From an uncultured Gammaproteobacteria bacterium (GTDB taxonomy: Bacteria; Patescibacteriota; Microgenomatia; UBA10105; UBA927), in NCBI GenBank assembly GCA_964629685.1, contig CAZVTT010000001.1:833319-897318 (forward strand): DNA of 64,000 nt, read 5' to 3'. Of the stretch, positions 62,690-64,000 are shown piece after piece. Positions within the stretch are counted from its first letter, which is position 1, and each line of letters begins with the position of its first letter. The translations under genes and the position numbers were made by a program. The notes below the pieces were generated by a model, which did not search any database, had not been told where the DNA came from, and saw only the letters and a list, made by a program, of their open reading frames with translations.

Positions 62690-64000
62690 TTAATACTGAA
62701 GGGGAATACGGTCTACCTGTGTAAGCACGTCGTTTCCGTCAAGCTCCAGTGTATCAAAATACCATTGCAGGCCTTCATATCGGGGCTTATTTTCTTCATA
62801 CACTAATTCCAGCGCTTTAGTACGGCTAAGAAGTCCTTCCCGAATCTGATTGCTTCTAAACGCGTCGTTCTCAGTAAACCCCTGTACCCGATAATAAATA
62901 TAGTTATAAAACGGTGGTGAACCGTCATCTACTCTCCATGTAGAAATAGTATCTTTGGGGGTTTCCCACCCGTATTGCTGCTTTAACGTTGCTACTACGG
63001 TTTTCTCTTCCCAGGGAAGGAAATTCCAGAGATACCGAAACGAATGGCGCATAATGTATGTAGAAAAATAGGCAAATGAAGTATCTAGTATTGATGTATT
63101 TATGTATGCAGGATTACGGATATACTGCGATCCTGCATACATAATCATTTTTATTTTCCCCAATGCGGAGGTGTTATGTATAACGCCTCCCGGAGTGCCG
63201 TCAAAGATTCCAAAATAGCCAAACTTAAACCGTTCATCTTCCAAATGATTACCTCTGCAATACAGCACGAGTGGAATATTCATATCCCGACTCAGCTGTT
63301 CGGCATAATATTCTGCCTGTTTATCTCCAGCCATAAAGAGCGTTACCATACCTAAATCTGGTTTGCGTAGCCAGGCTAGTATGTTTTTTTTTATGTTCTG
63401 ACGTTTCAGTTTAAGATCAGCAGAAACAACTATATGTTCAATTCCTAAAGCAGCTGTTAACCGCGACTGGTTTCTCCGGGCAATATCGGTCACCATTCCC
63501 CAGTCATACGTATACGCAACTGGGTTTAATTTAAGAATCTTCTTTACCAGATGTAAGCCATACGCACTGTCCCGGCCACCTGAAAACGCTAAAATACAAT
63601 CCGGTTTTCCGTTATTACTTCGAAACGGAGCAATCACCTGTTCCAGCGCAGCCATTCCCAGAGGTTCTACAAAGGTATATGTATTGCAGTAATTGCATAT
63701 TCCTTTCCGGTCGAACGTAATCAACGGCATGGTTTCGGGGAGAATGCATTTTTTACACCTGCGCAGGCTCCGTACCTTTCGGTAGTCAGGACTATGATAT
63801 TTTAGTGTTTTTAGACTGTTTACAGGAGTAAATGAATGTATAGGTCCATTACGATTAAGTTGATGAGTCGGATACAATACGGGAGCAGTTTTGGTGTGTT
63901 TCCGGGATACGCATGCATTCTGAAGTATTCCGGCGGCCATCTTCCCGGTTAAGCAGTTAATTTCAATGTATGTACGCGCCGGAACTTGTTGAACAGCGTT
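62690..64000 (-). CDS. N-acetyl-sugar amidotransferase-like PP-loop ATPase (5' end outside window)
   Basis: RCKKCILPET, CNYC, SGGRDS PP-loop, RSNQIREG..SR..AL. The frame stays open from ATG 63940 to the window end. Confidence 0.75.
   Translation of the reverse strand, partial: NAVQQVPARTYIEINCLTGKMAAGILQNACVSRKHTKTAPVLYPTHQLNRNGPIHSFTPVNSLKTLKYHSPDYRKVRSLRRCKKCILPETMPLITFDRKGICNYCNTYTFVEPLGMAALEQVIAPFRSNNGKPDCILAFSGGRDSAYGLHLVKKILKLNPVAYTYDWGMVTDIARRNQSRLTAALGIEHIVVSADLKLKRQNIKKNILAWLRKPDLGMVTLFMAGDKQAEYYAEQLSRDMNIPLVLYCRGNHLEDERFKFGYFGIFDGTPGGVIHNTSALGKIKMIMYAGSQYIRNPAYINTSILDTSFAYFSTYIMRHSFRYLWNFLPWEEKTVVATLKQQYGWETPKDTISTWRVDDGSPPFYNYIYYRVQGFTENDAFRSNQIREGLLSRTKALELVYEENKPRYEGLQWYFDTLELDGNDVLTQVDRIPLQY

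Noticed and set aside
1-64000. CRISPR arrays, rRNA, IS elements, introns or inteins, stop-codon reassignment
   Set aside because: No regularly spaced repeats, transposase motifs or interrupted core genes were seen. TGA terminates conserved genes at expected positions.

Overview
Chromosomal segment of a bacterium with hallmarks of the Candidate Phyla Radiation, probably Microgenomates (an inference from gene content and protein style; standard genetic code). From 5' to 3' it contains: (1) a surface-glycan cluster with an O-antigen-ligase/GT-C fusion, a GT-C, GT2/GT4 enzymes, manC, a phosphoglycosyl transferase and a DUF4012-like protein; (2) recO and a T-box-preceded glyQS; (3) an expanded dcw cluster from mraZ to ftsZ, carrying murC/B/A, an archaeal-type GlmU, a DegT aminotransferase, a FemX-like transferase, dgkA, mraY and murI, but no murD/E/F or ddl; (4) a T-box-preceded type-2 ileS, rodA, rplU, a Trm11-like methyltransferase, rpmA, parB, lepB and tRNA-Val(GAC); (5) an accessory glycan-modification region, partly AT-rich; (6) secE-nusG, galU and several secreted multidomain proteins, including an overlapping dockerin/cohesin gene pair. 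The most notable signals are two T-box riboswitches with ultra-short Stem I elements carrying the specifier codon in the apical loop yet coupled to intrinsic terminators (the Gly one is about 125 nt and also lacks Stem II), a cohesin-dockerin pair, and repeated leaderless-promoter architecture. No CRISPR array, rRNA, transposase or integrase was seen. All family calls come from motif recognition by eye, not database searches.
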